Origin: Candidatus Kapaibacterium sp.
GTDB taxonomy: Bacteria > Bacteroidota > Ignavibacteria > Kapaibacteriales > UBA2268
NCBI GenBank assembly: GCA_963665665.1
Contig: OY762428.1
Span: 416,001 to 480,000, forward strand
Direction: 5' to 3'
DNA: 64,000 nt
Positions 39,621 to 49,468 of the stretch are shown here, piece after piece (the first letter of the stretch is position 1; each line of letters opens with the position of its first letter). The notes below the pieces were generated by a model. The model searched no databases, had not been told where the DNA came from, and was given only the letters and a program-made list of their open reading frames with translations. Made by a program: the position numbers and the translations under genes.

Positions 39621-41146
39621 ACAACAAAGATAAGAGCTGACAGTGCATAAAGATAATAACTCCTGGATTGCTGATATTCATTTTCTTTTTCAAGTCTTTC
39701 TATCTCTTTTGCTTTAAGTTCATTTTCCCGTTTAGCTTCAAGGTTTGCAATTTTTGTCTGTGTTTCCTCGTTAAAAATAGAATCTTTAATTGTGATATGT
39801 TTTTTATATGTTTCAAGGGCTTTTTGATACTTATCATTTGCTGCATACGCATCTGAAAGTAATTTAGAATATGTTTTGGTATTTAATAAATCTCCGACTT
39901 TGATAAATAATGCAACAGATTTCTCTAAGTAATCAATTGCTTTTAATAAATAATTTTTTCGCGTATTGGATGAAATATTTTGATATTCTTTTCTTTCCAT
40001 ATTAATGGAATCCTGTGAGATAGAATAATATGCTAATCCTAATGAACCTAATGATACTGCCATATCATTTTCACTATTATATGATTCTGCCAAATGAAGA
40101 GATTTTTCCAATAACTCTATTGCTTTATAATAATTTTCCTTTTTAATATGTACAATTCCCATATTTTCATAAGCCACAAGTAAAGCATTGTTATCATTGA
40201 TTTCTAATGCCACTTCCAATAGGTTTTTAAAACTCTCCATTGCTTCATCATAATTTAATTTCTCTAAATTAATTAGCCCAATACTATTTAAAATATATGC
40301 TTCATTTTGAACATTGCCCATTTTCCTTGTTATTGGCAGAGCATGTTCAAAATACTCAAGCGCTTTAGCATTGTCATTCTTGTTTTTATAAATAATACCA
40401 ATACTGAGATCTGCTAAAACAACACCATCTAAGTCATCAATTTCTTCAAACACTTTCATGGCCTTATGAAAATAATCAATAGCTTCGTCAAAATCTGATT
40501 TGGCATCATATATTTGACCGATATTCAAAAAAATAGTGGATATGATTTGTTTATCATTCAAACTTTTGCCGATTTTGAGAGATTTCTTGTACAATTTCAT
40601 AGCTTCGTCAAATTTGTTCTGATCCTTATACACATTTGCTAAGTTAACTGATGATATTGCCAACCCTCTTTCATCACCCAATATCTTCTTCATTTCAATT
40701 GACTTTTTTGAATATTTTATTGCTTTGTCAAAATTGGATATGTTATAATAAAGCATAGACATATTGCCGTATAGTTGTGCCTTCCACCAGGTATTATCAG
40801 TCGTTTTTGCTATTTTCAAGGCCTTATCAAAATATTCAGTCGCCATATCATATTTTGATAAGAATAAATAATTAGTTGCAATAGCATTCAAGGCTCCGAT
40901 TATACCACTCTTCCATCCGATATCTTTTGCCAACTTTAACGATTTCTTACCGAACTCAATCCCCTTATCCGGATCGCTAACATTATATGCAAGAGAAATC
41001 ACAGCCAAAGTTCGAACTTTGTTTGTATCAAGTTTCATATCCGGCAATTCAGCAAGAAGGGAATCGATTTTTTCCTGCCCCTGTTTCTGGGCAAAAGAAG
41101 GTGTAAGCATAATAAATGCCAGTATCAGAGGTAGTATCTTCTTCAT
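38666..41146 (-). CDS. TPR-TM-coiled-coil-PP2C receptor phosphatase, copy C
   Basis: Same architecture with a distinct, longer TPR ectodomain. Confidence 0.92.
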   Translation of the reverse strand: MKKILPLILAFIMLTPSFAQKQGQEKIDSLLAELPDMKLDTNKVRTLAVISLAYNVSDPDKGIEFGKKSLKLAKDIGWKSGIIGALNAIATNYLFLSKYDMATEYFDKALKIAKTTDNTWWKAQLYGNMSMLYYNISNFDKAIKYSKKSIEMKKILGDERGLAISSVNLANVYKDQNKFDEAMKLYKKSLKIGKSLNDKQIISTIFLNIGQIYDAKSDFDEAIDYFHKAMKVFEEIDDLDGVVLADLSIGIIYKNKNDNAKALEYFEHALPITRKMGNVQNEAYILNSIGLINLEKLNYDEAMESFKNLLEVALEINDNNALLVAYENMGIVHIKKENYYKAIELLEKSLHLAESYNSENDMAVSLGSLGLAYYSISQDSINMERKEYQNISSNTRKNYLLKAIDYLEKSVALFIKVGDLLNTKTYSKLLSDAYAANDKYQKALETYKKHITIKDSIFNEETQTKIANLEAKRENELKAKEIERLEKENEYQQSRSYYLYALSALIFVVLVVMFLFYRNKRKSNRWLAAKNKVIKEANIELETLNNDLADKNRQISLANTELEELNNDLADKNHTISEAHQKITDSINYAEKIQMAMLPFPERMNEIFKEHFVLYKPKDVVSGDFYWVEQSGGFTFAAVVDCTGHGVPGAFMSIIGYDLLNQIVLVDKIFEPRDILYRLNELVRKALHQKDEIGSQQDGMELSIIRIKGDELVFAGARRPLWYSTNGKIEEIKGNKFGIGGRVRKERVFTQQSMKLTGETKLFMFSDGIIDQNNEKDDLFGKARLKGILESSMELQSVSAKLNEEFDEFAANTERRDDITVFGFKL

Positions 41147-41293
41147 GAATAATCCTTAATATTTAAACAGTTATTAAATGGCTGTTTACCCGGATCAGCA
41201 TATTGTATTTGGCGTTAAGTCTAATTCCCTGCATAAGTTTATTTAAAATAGTTATTTTTTACCGAATAACCAATTTATTATTGGATTGAAATT

Positions 41294-41326
41294 AAAAAAG
41301 CCCGGAGAGTTTTCACTTTCCGGACT
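41294..41326 (-). terminator. Terminator after the minus-strand pgk homolog
   Basis: AAAAAAGCCCGGAGAG...CTTTCCGGACT hairpin with a U-tract on the minus strand. Confidence 0.55.
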
Positions 41327-41352
41327 ATATATAAAAAATAATATTCTAATGG

Positions 41353-42669
41353 TCAATGCAGTTTTTTGAAATTCCTTATAAGCGACTGCACCGGCTCAAG
41401 GCCATAGGGAGAATTCTCCTGGATTGCTTTAAGCACCGCTCCGCCACCTGTAAAAATACAATATTTCGGACTGTCAAGGGCAACGATATACAGGCCGGGA
41501 AGAAGTTTCTTCAATTCCTGGAGAGTATCCCCGCCTCCGTACATTTTTGTTGCCGCTTTATTATCATCAATAAGCTGATCCATGGCTACCGTTCCCTGTG
41601 TAAAATGGGGAACATAGCCCATAACGGCATTCACAAATATTGTCCGCGCCCCGAGAAATACATCCTTAACAGCCGGAAGTTCAAATGATTCAGCTCCAAT
41701 ATCCAGAACATAGTTCAGTTTCGTTCCTTCAGGCAGTTCATGAATATTATGAACCCTGTACTGGCCGTCTATCCTGCCATCCATTGTATCGGATTCGATA
41801 ATATAAGGTAGATCTACCATTTTGTGTTCGTATTTCTTCGAGAACTCCACGAATTCCTTCGCATGTGCAAGGTCATCATCACTGATGCCGTTTATTTTAA
41901 AACCGTACTTTGCGGAAAGATATGCATTATATATTACGCCTCCGAGAACAAGGTGGTCAGATTTTTCGAGCAATGCTTTTAGTGAACCTATCTTTGTATC
42001 GAATTTTGCACCTGCCACAACAGCAACAAACGGCCTTTCAGGATTCAGAACTCTTGTCAGGTTGGAAATCTCTTTCTGCATCAGAAGTCCTGCATAATCC
42101 GGCAGATGCTCACCAACCCCAACCGTTGATGCATGAGGCTGCCACGAGCCGAAAGCATCGTTAACATAAACATCCGCCAGCCCGGCAAGCTGGTAGGCAA
42201 AACGCTGTCCGAGTTCTCCTTCAGTTTCCTCGCCATAGAACCACCGGGTGTTCGGTAAATATATTCCGTCTATCTGTCCCTCCTTGAGATCACGTATCAT
42301 GTGGTTGATAGATGTTTCGATTCCCATGTATCCGAAATTTCCATTAACATGAAAATCAGGTACTTTCAGAGTAATCGACATTTTATTCTGAAGATAATCA
42401 ACTATCGGCTGAACGGATGTATGATCGGATATTTCAATATCTCCGGTTTTCTTGTTTCTCGGCCTGCCCACGTGAGACATCAGAATTAGTTTCCCGCCCT
42501 TTGCAACAATGTGGAACAAGGTTGGCAGAGTGGCATCTATCCTGTAAGGATCATGTATTTCTCCCTTTTTTACTACATTGTGGTCAACCCTTACAAGAAC
42601 AACTTTGTCCTTGAGATCAGCGTCCTGAAGACGGGGAATTTCAGGATTGTAAAGCATAATTTCTCCCAT
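41353..42669 (-). CDS. pgk: Phosphoglycerate kinase homolog (divergent)
   Basis: VRVDHNV, SHVGRP, PNTRW, VNDAFG, GAKFDTKI, GGGDT, FTGGGA. Confidence 0.8.
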   Translation of the reverse strand: MGEIMLYNPEIPRLQDADLKDKVVLVRVDHNVVKKGEIHDPYRIDATLPTLFHIVAKGGKLILMSHVGRPRNKKTGDIEISDHTSVQPIVDYLQNKMSITLKVPDFHVNGNFGYMGIETSINHMIRDLKEGQIDGIYLPNTRWFYGEETEGELGQRFAYQLAGLADVYVNDAFGSWQPHASTVGVGEHLPDYAGLLMQKEISNLTRVLNPERPFVAVVAGAKFDTKIGSLKALLEKSDHLVLGGVIYNAYLSAKYGFKINGISDDDLAHAKEFVEFSKKYEHKMVDLPYIIESDTMDGRIDGQYRVHNIHELPEGTKLNYVLDIGAESFELPAVKDVFLGARTIFVNAVMGYVPHFTQGTVAMDQLIDDNKAATKMYGGGDTLQELKKLLPGLYIVALDSPKYCIFTGGGAVLKAIQENSPYGLEPVQSLIRNFKKLH

Positions 42670-42869
42670 TATAAAAAACAGTTTTTCAGATATTGCTAAT
42701 AACGAATCTAATGCCTTAAAATTGATTTTAATAATAGTCGTCTTTGCCCTTGTAATTTAAATATTTTTGAATTTCTTATTTCTTGAATTAACAATTAGTA
42801 TTTTAAAAATTTAATATTTAAATTTGACTAACAATTATATGTTGAAAAACTAATAATTAACAAGTGTAA

Positions 42870-43889
<1,020 letters not shown>

Positions 43890-43905
43890 CTTACAATTGA
43901 GCTTT

Positions 43906-43936
43906 AAGGCTGTATCGAAAATACAGCCTTTTTTTT
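43906..43936 (+). terminator. Intrinsic terminator after gap
   Basis: AAGGCTGTAT-cgaaa-ATACAGCCTT followed by a T-run. Confidence 0.85.
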
Positions 43937-44067
43937 CTTTTCAGGCAAAATTGAACTTTTTCTATCAGAAATTAATTCTTATCTTGGATAGAATTTTTAT
44001 TTGGATTAGAATATTACATTCAAGTAGTATATAACATAAGTGATATTAACAGAATTAAAGGTTTGAT

Positions 44068-45261
44068 ATGTTACATTCAATGGATGATGTAAACTTTAAA
44101 TTCAAACATGTTTTGGTCAGGGTTGACTTCAATGTCCCCCTTGATTCTAAACAAAATATTACCGACGACATGAGGATAATTGAATCCCTGCCAACAATAG
44201 ACCAGATAATCGACGATGGCGGAATACCGATCGTTCTTTCACACCTTGGAAGGCCTAAAGGCAAGATAAACAGCAAATATTCTCTTGACACAGTTGCCCA
44301 CTACCTTCAGAAAAAATTCGGCTATGATGTGATATTCTCGCAGGACTGCAGGGGAAACAAACCACAAAGAGCCGTAAACAATGCAAAGCCGGGCGACATC
44401 GTTCTTCTTGAAAACCTTCGATTCTATGAAGGAGAAACAGCTAATGATCCGGAATTTGCAGCTGAACTGGCAGAACTTGGTGATGCCTATGTAAACGATG
44501 CTTTCGGTACTGTCCATCGCGCTCATGCCAGTATCCATGCTTTGCCAAAACTATTCCCCGGAAAATCCTATGCGGGTAAATCGCTTGTTTACGAGATCGA
44601 ATACCTTAATAACGCACTTACCGAACCGAGAAGCCCGTATATCGCAGTTATTGGCGGGGCCAAGATATCAGGCAAAATTGAAGTTATTCGGTCATTGATC
44701 AATCAGTGCGATACCGTTATCATTGGCGGCGGTATGATGTTCAATTTCCTGAAAGCTAAAGGATATAATATAGGCCGCTCGATATTCGAGGAAGATAAAA
44801 TCGAACTTGCAGCAGACCTGATTAAATTTGCCGAAAAAAAAGGCGTTAAACTTTTATTGCCGGAAGATGTTGTTGTAGCTGACAGGTTCTCTGATGATTC
44901 TGACAGGAATGACGTTCCTTCCGACAAAATCCCATCCGACTGGATAGGAATGGATATTGGTCCGAAAACTCAGGAATTATACAGGAAAGAAATACTCGGG
45001 GCTAAAACAATTGTTTGGAACGGCCCTATGGGAGTATTTGAAATGCCGAGATTTGCTCGCGGTACCAGGGCTGTTGCAAACTCGCTTGCTAATGTTACCG
45101 CTAAAGGGGCTACAACAATTCTTGGCGGAGGCGATTCGGCAGCAGCTATGAGCCAAATGCACCTTATCAACAAAGTAACTCATGTTACTCCGGGCGGCGG
45201 AGCATGGCTTAAATATATGGAAGGCGGAGAACTTCCGGGGATATCATCGCTTGTTATATAG
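44068..45261 (+). CDS. pgk: Phosphoglycerate kinase
   Basis: [48 protein letters not shown]. Confidence 0.93.
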   Translation: MLHSMDDVNFKFKHVLVRVDFNVPLDSKQNITDDMRIIESLPTIDQIIDDGGIPIVLSHLGRPKGKINSKYSLDTVAHYLQKKFGYDVIFSQDCRGNKPQRAVNNAKPGDIVLLENLRFYEGETANDPEFAAELAELGDAYVNDAFGTVHRAHASIHALPKLFPGKSYAGKSLVYEIEYLNNALTEPRSPYIAVIGGAKISGKIEVIRSLINQCDTVIIGGGMMFNFLKAKGYNIGRSIFEEDKIELAADLIKFAEKKGVKLLLPEDVVVADRFSDDSDRNDVPSDKIPSDWIGMDIGPKTQELYRKEILGAKTIVWNGPMGVFEMPRFARGTRAVANSLANVTAKGATTILGGGDSAAAMSQMHLINKVTHVTPGGGAWLKYMEGGELPGISSLVI

Positions 45262-45292
45262 TTTTTCCCGGTGAAATTAAATTATTTCTGTG

Positions 45293-45317
45293 GCGGTCAT
45301 TATTATGATCGCCTTTT
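45293..45317 (+). terminator. Putative terminator after pgk
   Basis: GGCGGTCAT-tatt-ATGATCGCC followed by TTTT. Confidence 0.6.
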
Positions 45318-45448
45318 ATATTTTCAAACATTTCTTAACAAGGTGTGAAACTTTTTATTAACTACCGGGCTATCAGAACCTTTCAATTAAAACATGATAC
45401 TATAAAATAGAATTCCAGGCATTTTTTTTTGTTCACCGGTTTCTGAAT

Positions 45449-45823
45449 ATGATTTATTCATCACAAATGATGCCTGCTGCACCCCGGCTGAATGAAATTT
45501 CGGCACAAAAGATTATTCCGAAAGCTCGGGGGAACGCTCAGAAAGCTCAAGGGAACGCTCGGAAAGCTCGGGGGAACGCTCGGAAAGCTCGGGGGAACGC
45601 TCGGAAAGCTCGGGGGAATGCTCGGAAAGCACGGGGGAACGCTCGGAAAGCTCGGGGGAACGCTCGGAAAGCTCGAGGGAATGCTCGGAAAGCTCAAGGG
45701 AACGCTCGGGAAGCTCGGGGGAACGCTCGGAAAGCTCAAGGGAACGCTCGGGAAGCTCGGGGGAACGCTCGGAAAGCTCAAGGGAACGCTCGGGAAGCTC
45801 GGGGGAATGCTATGATGACATGA
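45449..45823 (+). CDS. Possible basic heptad-repeat protein (KARGNAR)n
   Basis: Open frame across the repeat; several unit variants are synonymous in this frame. Confidence 0.35.
   Translation: MIYSSQMMPAAPRLNEISAQKIIPKARGNAQKAQGNARKARGNARKARGNARKARGNARKARGNARKARGNARKARGNARKAQGNAREARGNARKAQGNAREARGNARKAQGNAREARGNAMMT
45520..45811. repeat. 21-bp tandem repeat, 14 units (consensus GAAAGCTCGGGGGAACGCTCG)
   Basis: Counted directly; no spacers; the last unit is truncated. Confidence 0.97.
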
Positions 45824-46040
45824 ATCAAGGCTGATATCGCTTGGAATATTGGCAATTAAAAAAACAACATTCTTATCTGAAAGAAAAAGAATATCTAAAA
45901 AAACCAGGATAGTCCTTATTTTGCGCCGAAGCAGCCCGGATTATATATACAAGGAACATACTACACCCAACCATCTGTAAGGGATGTATTATGAATAGCA
46001 AAGAAATCGGGGATGTATCATTTTTCTGAATTTTTACGAT

Positions 46041-46157
46041 TTGTAATTCCCCGAGAAAGCTCCGATAAATCGGGACAAGCTGAGGGCAGGCGAAAGCGTT
46101 GTGAAAAATCCGGTATTCATGCTGGTTCTGGATTCTTCGCTGCCCTCAGAGTGACAA
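46041..46157. repeat. REP-like palindromic element
   Basis: CTGAGGGCAG/CTGCCCTCAG inverted repeat, GATTCTTCG..TCAGAGTGACA end, internal TCCGA..TCGGGACAAG hairpin. Confidence 0.6.
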
Positions 46158-46196
46158 TATTGGCCGCTTATGAGAAATCCCCTTTTTTGTCTCCTG

Positions 46197-48617
46197 TTAT
46201 TCTCCGCCCTTGACAAATTTCTTTGTCAGCATGTAGCCGTCGGACGTTAGTTTTATAAAATATACACCCATTGGAAATCCTGCCATATCAATAGTAAATT
46301 TAGACGTTGAACCGTCGTTATTGCGGTTGGCCTCAAAAGAGTAATCTGCTTTTTCCGTTCCGTAAATATCAATTAATTTCACTGATAATTCTTTACCTTC
46401 GACTGAATACAGGCCGTATAGCTTAACATTTGCCGTATTTGTAACGGGATGCGGATTTATATCAATATGGAAATAACGGTTGTATTTATATTCGGCGGCG
46501 TATTCCTCCACCCCTACCTGGTGTTCAGGAATACCCTTAACTATCCTGCCGGCTCCGCTTATGTATATGCAGCCGTCCTTGCCCATTACCATTTTCCTCA
46601 GGGAGCCGCCTACATCGGCTCTGAAACCGGCATAGTTCAGATCAACTTCTTCCCAGCTTTGCCCCTCGTCAGTAGTGAATGCAATATTATTCCGTCCGTC
46701 GGTAATCAATATACGCCCGTCTTCAAGGCCAAGCATGTCTCCTACATTCTTGTATGGCGAGGGAATATGATCCCATGTTGTTCCCTCGTCGGTCGATCTT
46801 AAAATACCGAGGCTGTCTCCGCCTGTTAAGTATATATTCCCATTAATATATTCAATTCCCCCGTAATAGGCATCCCTGCTATCAAGCGCATAAACGGAAT
46901 CATAGCTTTCTCCCCTGTTGTCAATCCGAAAAATCCTGAATACTGTTTTAATCCCGTAGGGGAAATTAACAGTATCATCGGTTTTAACTCTGTTCTCTTC
47001 GCTGAAAATATAAGCGCTTTCGCCGGAAACAAGGGCGGCAGATTTGATCACCCCTTTTATATAATCCAGGGTATCATGCACCCAACTTCCCCCGCCATCG
47101 CTGCTCCTTACGGCTTCATTTATCCAGACAACAGAAGAATACAAATTACCGGATAGAACAAGGAAATTCTCATTATCAAATGCAAGGAATTCCATACCGC
47201 CGCAAACGTCCGTATTCGTCCAGTTTTTACCACCGTCGCTTGTTTCAATACTTAGATAATATGGCCAATATGGATTTTGATTTGCACTCCTGTTACCAAA
47301 CAAAAAGCCTTCTTTACTATTCTTAAAATATCCGCATGTCATATCTGATTCTGAAATCCCTGCTATTTGAAACCAGTATTCCTGTTCTTCCTCCGAAAGT
47401 GAATCATTCCAGCCGATATTGGGATATGCCTGATCCCAGCTTGCCCCGGCATCGTCGCTCCGGAATACTGCCGCGCCGTCAATCCTTAAAGCCAGCAGTG
47501 TTGAATCGGATGCCGGTATTAAATCAATTAATACTTTTTCACTTTGCCAGGTTAAATAAAAAGTATAGCAATAGCGGTTAATATCAAAATTCTCCCCGCT
47601 GTCGTTGCTGAATGATATCATCCTGAATAATTGCAGAGCGGCAATGTTATTTTCGTCATAAGCAGAAAAATCTAAAAATGACTGACCGTAAGGGCTATAT
47701 GAATAGATTGAATACTTGTCCATAAAAGCAGTATCCGGCCTGTATGTTTTAAAATTGTCTTCGGTTCTAATTAAATGCCCCAATCCCAGCCCCAAAAGAA
47801 TTGTATCAGAGTTAAACGTAATTAAACAGGACACCCTTGATATCCTACAGATTTCCGGGTCCAATTCTGTAATTTTCCAGCTTTCGCCCCCGTCGAGAGT
47901 TCTCGCAATATAAGTAGAATAAGTTGCTGAATTAGTATCAGAATAAGCTATTGTACCGTTTCTTCCGTCGGAAAAATCCATGGCTGTATATAAATGACCG
48001 TTATTATAACTGTTTGTATCATTATAAACAATGCTCCAGTTTTTTCCGCCGTCGCTGCTTTTGCTTAGTAGCCCCAGGGTAGTAAGGTGATAAATATAAT
48101 TTGTTTCGGGGGCATCAATGTCAACTGTTTCAATATCCCCGAAATCAATTTTTTCCTGCCAGCTATTGCCCATATCGCTGCTTTTGTATAATTTTCCGGC
48201 ATCGCTTGCAATATAGGTTTCTTCGGGCGAAGCATTTGCCATGCAGGAAAACGAAGAACTTCCGAAGCCGGCTGCCGCCCAGTTTTTGCCGCCGTCCGTT
48301 GTTGTTTCTATCATTCCATTGTCCCCGGCAATCACCCAGTTATTAAAATCATAATAAACAATACTGCTGATATTTTCGCGCGTACCGGTTTCAATATATC
48401 TCCACTTTTCTCCCCGGTTCTCGGTTATCATCAGGTAGCCGTTATTGCCGGAAACAAGGCATGTAAGCGAATCCATAAGCTTTATATCGCTGTAGTATGG
48501 TATCATGTTCTGCCATACATAGCCGCCGCCCTTATAATCGAGGGATTTTGACGTTGTAGGGCTGAATATCTGAACTAAAAATATTAATGATGCTATAATA
48601 TATATTTTCCGGCTCAT
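46197..48617 (-). CDS. BNR/Asp-box (YCF48-like) beta-propeller protein with T9SS-type CTD, copy 1
   Basis: Many S/TxDGGxxW repeats, signal peptide, CTD INPHPV...GVYFIKL. Confidence 0.85.
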   Translation of the reverse strand: MSRKIYIIASLIFLVQIFSPTTSKSLDYKGGGYVWQNMIPYYSDIKLMDSLTCLVSGNNGYLMITENRGEKWRYIETGTRENISSIVYYDFNNWVIAGDNGMIETTTDGGKNWAAAGFGSSSFSCMANASPEETYIASDAGKLYKSSDMGNSWQEKIDFGDIETVDIDAPETNYIYHLTTLGLLSKSSDGGKNWSIVYNDTNSYNNGHLYTAMDFSDGRNGTIAYSDTNSATYSTYIARTLDGGESWKITELDPEICRISRVSCLITFNSDTILLGLGLGHLIRTEDNFKTYRPDTAFMDKYSIYSYSPYGQSFLDFSAYDENNIAALQLFRMISFSNDSGENFDINRYCYTFYLTWQSEKVLIDLIPASDSTLLALRIDGAAVFRSDDAGASWDQAYPNIGWNDSLSEEEQEYWFQIAGISESDMTCGYFKNSKEGFLFGNRSANQNPYWPYYLSIETSDGGKNWTNTDVCGGMEFLAFDNENFLVLSGNLYSSVVWINEAVRSSDGGGSWVHDTLDYIKGVIKSAALVSGESAYIFSEENRVKTDDTVNFPYGIKTVFRIFRIDNRGESYDSVYALDSRDAYYGGIEYINGNIYLTGGDSLGILRSTDEGTTWDHIPSPYKNVGDMLGLEDGRILITDGRNNIAFTTDEGQSWEEVDLNYAGFRADVGGSLRKMVMGKDGCIYISGAGRIVKGIPEHQVGVEEYAAEYKYNRYFHIDINPHPVTNTANVKLYGLYSVEGKELSVKLIDIYGTEKADYSFEANRNNDGSTSKFTIDMAGFPMGVYFIKLTSDGYMLTKKFVKGGE

Positions 48618-48754
48618 TTTTTTTCCTCTTGGAATTATATTAAAAATTTCTATTTTTGTTCAGGCGTTTTTAAAAGCCCGGGGGACTTCCCGAAGGACAA
48701 TCCCCCGTTACCAGTCATGCAGAGTCTGTAAATGTGCTTTTAATTGCGCCTTTT

Positions 48755-49342
48755 TTAATTGCACTCAGAGTGACATCCAGTATCACAATCATCACCGATT
48801 ACAGATTTACCAATCGGAATAGCTGTTTTATTCCCGTTACCGTCGCAACAAACTTCTAATTCTGTTCTGCAATATGAATTCCCGCCACTACATGGTGTAC
48901 CATTATTATCATCCCAACAGTTATCATAATAAAAGCGATAATTTGGTTCTGTTGTAGGGCAGGGTGGGCATGGCCACTGATTGTTATCCGGATTCTGTTC
49001 AATCAATGCATAAGCGGCAAGTTCTAATAATTCAGGCCCGCTGGGGGGTGGTTGAATCTGGTTAAAACAAGTAATATCAACAGGCCCTACAAGCCACACG
49101 TAAACTTCAATCATTGGCTCCACGTCGCCAATATTACGCCAGCAATACCCCACTTTGTAATCACATGTAATACCGTTAACAGTTATAGAAACAATTGTTC
49201 CCCCTCCGTCTATCCAGGGAATATTCGGAGGTATAGCTCCGTCCGGCGGACAACCCTGTTGCGCCAGGGCATTCTGATTCATGCTGAAAAATGAAACCAA
49301 AAGAACTGCAAACAAAAGGATAAAACTTCTGCCTTTTTTCAT
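48755..49342 (-). CDS. Secreted 14-Cys protein, copy 1
   Basis: GGAG RBS before ATG 49342, signal peptide ending ALA-Q, 14 Cys including CPPC and CC. Confidence 0.8.
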   Translation of the reverse strand: MKKGRSFILLFAVLLVSFFSMNQNALAQQGCPPDGAIPPNIPWIDGGGTIVSITVNGITCDYKVGYCWRNIGDVEPMIEVYVWLVGPVDITCFNQIQPPPSGPELLELAAYALIEQNPDNNQWPCPPCPTTEPNYRFYYDNCWDDNNGTPCSGGNSYCRTELEVCCDGNGNKTAIPIGKSVIGDDCDTGCHSECN

Positions 49343-49468
49343 GATAAACTCCAAAATTAATTAAATAAGAATAATTAATGATTTAACATCCTATGTTAAA
49401 CCTGATATTTAAATTTTATACCAAATATGTTTCAAACATAATATCTTATTTATAACTGTGTTTAATTA

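Noticed and set aside
45520-45811. CRISPR array
   Set aside because: Units are head-to-tail with no unique spacers, and there are no cas genes in the window.
45461-45815. Alternative repeat ORFs (PSFPSVP)n and (KLGGTLG)n
   Set aside because: They are open only because the 21-bp unit lacks stop codons; the substitution pattern favours KARGNAR over KLGGTLG, and nothing supports the antisense frame.
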